Below are positions 60,837-64,000 of a stretch of 64,000 nt of DNA, one piece after another (the stretch's first letter is position 1; the number at the start of each line of letters is the position of its first letter). The position numbers and the translations under genes were made by a program. The DNA is from Schmidtea polychroa (taxonomy: Eukaryota): positions 34,844,001 through 34,908,000 of the forward strand of contig CM097885.1 of the NCBI GenBank assembly GCA_044892525.1, read 5' to 3'. The notes beneath the pieces were generated by a model. It searched no databases. It saw only the letters and a program-made list of their open reading frames with translations, and was not told where the DNA came from.

Positions 60837-63212
60837 CAGCGGTTCTCAAACTTTTTGAACCGCGGAGCCCTCCAAAGCCATATAGATTTCCACGGAACCC
60901 CATTGGTTCACTAATTATGTGTATGCCACTCGATGATCTAACATCGAAGAGTATATATATTTTTATATATATATTTATAAATAAAAAAAGATTTAAATTT
61001 TTTGTACTTCAATTGAATCATTTATTTATCGGAAAATAATTACAAAATATTACAAAAAACAAACATTGCTAGTGGGACGGATGGACTTGTTTCCTTTTTT
61101 GACATAATTGTTTTATGTCTGGCTTTATAGAGGACAGTTGAATCCTCATATCAGCTTCTGCATCGAGTCTATTGCGATATTTTGTTTTTGTTGCAGCATA
61201 CGAAGAAAATCCAGATTCGCACAGATAAGTTGTAGCGAAAGGAAGAAGTATTTTAACAGCTTGAATTGATAAATCTGCATATTCTTCTCTCAAAGTACAC
61301 CAAAATTCTGGCAAAGATAGTTTTTCAAATAGGAGCTGCAGTGAGGAATCTGATATCATGTCAATGAAAATTTCGTACTCCTTAGCTGTGAATTTTTCTG
61401 GCCTTTTCTGCACTATGAATGGGGTTCTAATCCATGTATAACTTTTAAGCTTTTCATTCTCTTCATTTGGAAAATATTGTTTGACCGAGTTTAGAATTTC
61501 TTCCAAATGTTGACAAATTTCATCACACAACATAATAAGGTCACTTGCATCAATGTCTCCATTAATTTCATCGCAGAAATCCTTAAGTATTGTGAAGCTA
61601 TCTAGTTCACGAGAGCGAATGCAAGAGATCCATAATTCCAATTTCTTTTTAAAAGCTTGAATCTTATCATTGGCTGTGAACACTGTTACTTGTTTTCCTT
61701 GAAGTGACATATTCACTTTATTTATCTTTGAAAAAATATCGGCGAGATATCCAAGTCGAAACAACCATAGTTTATCTGTCAATCTTTCTTGTAAGTCCAT
61801 CCTGTTGTTCATGAAAAAGGAGCCCAATTCGGAACGTAGCTCGAATAGTCGAACAAGTACTTTCCCTCGAGACAGCCATCGTACTTCGGTATGGAGCAGT
61901 AAAGCTTTATGAAGGCTGCCCATATCTTCGCATAGAATCTTGAAAAGCCGAGTTTGTAATGGTCGCGATTTTATGAAATTTATAATCTTTACAGACTCGT
62001 CAAGGACCTTTTTAAGTCCCAATGGCATTTTTTTTACAGCAAGTGCTTGGCGATGAAGAATACAGTGGCTATTTGTGCAGTTTGGTGCTAAGTTCTTGAT
62101 TTTTGCGACAGCGCCAGCAGTTTTTCCTACCATTGCCTTTGCACCATCAGTGCAGATATCAACACAGTTTTTCCAATCTAAGTTATGAGTATTAAAAAAG
62201 TTATCCACCATTTTAAATATTTCGGCACCAGTTGTATCGGTTGGCAATGGTTGACACAAAAGTAGATCCTCTTCAAGCAAATTTAGATGCTGATATCGGA
62301 CAAATACAAGCAAGACTGCAAGTCCAGCTACGTCTGTGCTTTCGTCCATTTGCAGAGAAAAATTACAACATTGCAGACGAGATATCAATTCAGCCCTTAC
62401 ATTGGCTACTAAATCTTTAATTCGACGAGCTACCGTGTCATTGGATAGTGGCACATTAGTGATTTCTTTTGCCGACGTTTCATCAAGTATACATTTAGCG
62501 ATATCGACTGCACAAGGCTTGATCAATGTCTCAGCTATTGTATGAGCTTCGCCTGCCAATGCAATACGATAACTGACAATATATGATGCTTCAGTGGCCT
62601 TCTCATTGCTAGTTTTAAATGTTGAAACAATTAGGCTTTGGCGCTTTAAGAGTTCATCACGCATACGCATAAAATAATCAACTTTCTTATGTTTAAACTC
62701 TGGATGTACGGTTTCCAAATGGCGACGCATTTTAGCGGGTACCATAGCACTATTTGGAAAAAGCTTGCTGCATAAGACACATTGAGGCACATTGTTAGCA
62801 TCTACAAAACCAAGAGACAGGTAGCTTTCATCATATTTCCTTTTCTTAGTGGCTGGTTCACGTAATATGCTCGTAGTGGCAGCAGATACTTCTTTTTCTG
62901 GATTTATGCAAGTTTCCACTGTTGTTTCATTTTCAATGTTTTTGGATGTAGACGGTCCAGCTGATTGCTGCGATCCTGTATCTTTCGATGTACCTTTGAT
63001 AAGCCAACGATCCATACTTAATAAGTTGCAGATAAAAAAAATAATAATTAAAACTCGCTTAATAATGTATATATAAGTAATTTATAGAAATAAATAAATT
63101 AATATGTAAATTAATAATAATTTTTAGCGATTTTAAATTTATAATTCACGGAGCCCTTTGAGGTACCTCGCGGAACCCCAGGGCTCCGCGGAGCACACTT
63201 TGAGAACCGCTG
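60837..63212 (-). mobile_element. Full-length hAT transposon, Buster/Charlie group (2376 bp)
   Basis: 14-bp perfect TIR CAGCGGTTCTCAAA, subterminal CCGCGGAGCCC motifs, and a perfect 8-bp TSD GTCTAGAT with central TA. Confidence 0.97.
61069..63015 (-). CDS. Intact hAT transposase (648 aa; BED finger, DDE, dimerisation domain)
   Basis: PQCVLC...MRRHLETVH; DESTD; CTDGAKAM; HCILHRQAL; EVRWLSRG; TTYLCESGFS. Confidence 0.97.
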   Translation of the reverse strand: MDRWLIKGTSKDTGSQQSAGPSTSKNIENETTVETCINPEKEVSAATTSILREPATKKRKYDESYLSLGFVDANNVPQCVLCSKLFPNSAMVPAKMRRHLETVHPEFKHKKVDYFMRMRDELLKRQSLIVSTFKTSNEKATEASYIVSYRIALAGEAHTIAETLIKPCAVDIAKCILDETSAKEITNVPLSNDTVARRIKDLVANVRAELISRLQCCNFSLQMDESTDVAGLAVLLVFVRYQHLNLLEEDLLLCQPLPTDTTGAEIFKMVDNFFNTHNLDWKNCVDICTDGAKAMVGKTAGAVAKIKNLAPNCTNSHCILHRQALAVKKMPLGLKKVLDESVKIINFIKSRPLQTRLFKILCEDMGSLHKALLLHTEVRWLSRGKVLVRLFELRSELGSFFMNNRMDLQERLTDKLWLFRLGYLADIFSKINKVNMSLQGKQVTVFTANDKIQAFKKKLELWISCIRSRELDSFTILKDFCDEINGDIDASDLIMLCDEICQHLEEILNSVKQYFPNEENEKLKSYTWIRTPFIVQKRPEKFTAKEYEIFIDMISDSSLQLLFEKLSLPEFWCTLREEYADLSIQAVKILLPFATTYLCESGFSSYAATKTKYRNRLDAEADMRIQLSSIKPDIKQLCQKRKQVHPSH

Positions 63213-64000
63213 GTCTAGATGGAGATGAAAGTACAAATATCGAAAATATTGAAAATAAATTCAAAAAGATGAGCAAAACAAGTAAAGGAAAAGAATAAAG
63301 TCTGGTAAGGTATTATAACTGATTACTATAAAATTGTAATTTATTTTTAGTGTTATTATATTGGAGGATTGGTAACATCTACTGCATATATTGTAAAACA
63401 TTTGTTTCAGCCTTTGAGTTGGGTTATGCCCGCTGAAAAAGTCTGAAAAACTAAAAGCAATGGATTCACAAATTTGTGAATTAAAATATGGTATGTTCAG
63501 TTAAGATTTTAAATATTAATTCAACTATTTTTCAGACAAACCTATTGATCTTACTGGTATTAATCTAAACAAAGCTCGCGTTAAAGATCTCAAAAAATAT
63601 TAGAAAGCTGGGGTGAAGAATGTAAAGGTTGTACAGAAAAAACTGATTTTATCCGATTAATAAATGAAAAATGCCCATTTATGATCTTAAAGCAGCCAAG
63701 CAAAGAAATAAAGCCGATTTGGAGTTTTTTCTTTTTGAGTTTTTATTCAGGATGTTGTAATTAAATAAAATATTAAAATTCTTTTTTACAATGATGTAAA
63801 TAAATTTGGTAATTGAAATTAATAAATTTAGTTTACTATTGGGTTTTGTCTTTTGATTTGATTTGAACATAATTTTGTCCATAATTTTTATAAATTATTC
63901 TATCTTTATTACTTTAAAGGGGTTGTGTAAATTATTCCACAGGGGTCTTGAGGGGAAGATTATGGTATTGGTTATTTTCTAAAATCTATAGATACATACA

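Larger units (their letters stand above)
60676..63722 (+). pseudogene. MANF: MANF/CDNF (ARMET) unprocessed pseudogene. Exons 60676-60754, 60796-60836 + 63221-63304 (split by hAT), 63351-63490, 63536-~63722
   Basis: Signal peptide, NCE|VCVKF, KGKE*SL|CYYIGG, PAEKV(C)EKLKAMDSQICELKY|DKPIDL...KARVKDLKK(I)[23 protein letters not shown]. Lesions: a stop in exon 2, a 2-bp deletion in exon 3 and 1-bp deletions in exon 4. Confidence 0.9.

Overview
AT-rich animal genomic DNA with very short (40-50 nt) GT-AG introns. A flatworm-like host is my inference only; the species cannot be fixed from this window. Three host genes look intact: a Delta-like DSL/EGF transmembrane protein (5' exons not found), Golgin-45/BLZF1 and RNASEH2B. 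There is also an intron-containing MANF pseudogene with an intact Buster/Charlie-type hAT transposon inserted in its exon 2. Most of the remainder is nested mobile DNA: two decayed compact Ty3/gypsy elements, hAT, MULE, pogo and piggyBac relics and MITEs, a Polinton-type pPolB fragment and an Hsp70 fragment. The main unexplained system is a family of multi-kb LTR-like units. One is a 3306-bp TG...CA insert with a perfect 4-bp TSD (39734-43039). Each unit carries an antisense ~245-aa ORF of unknown family (4 close paralogs plus 1 distant relic), always preceded by a splice acceptor. Each also carries a ~135-nt co-varying multi-stem motif near the left end (6 clear copies plus 1 decayed). One copy sits directly after gag and a class III (gB/chuvirus-G-like) env remnant with a PPT. 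Another motif copy lies beside an operon-like intronless cluster: TRAF, two coiled-coil ORFs and a membrane protein. Together this suggests a 'complex retrovirus'-like giant LTR retroelement family. All homology calls come from motif recognition by eye; no database search was run.
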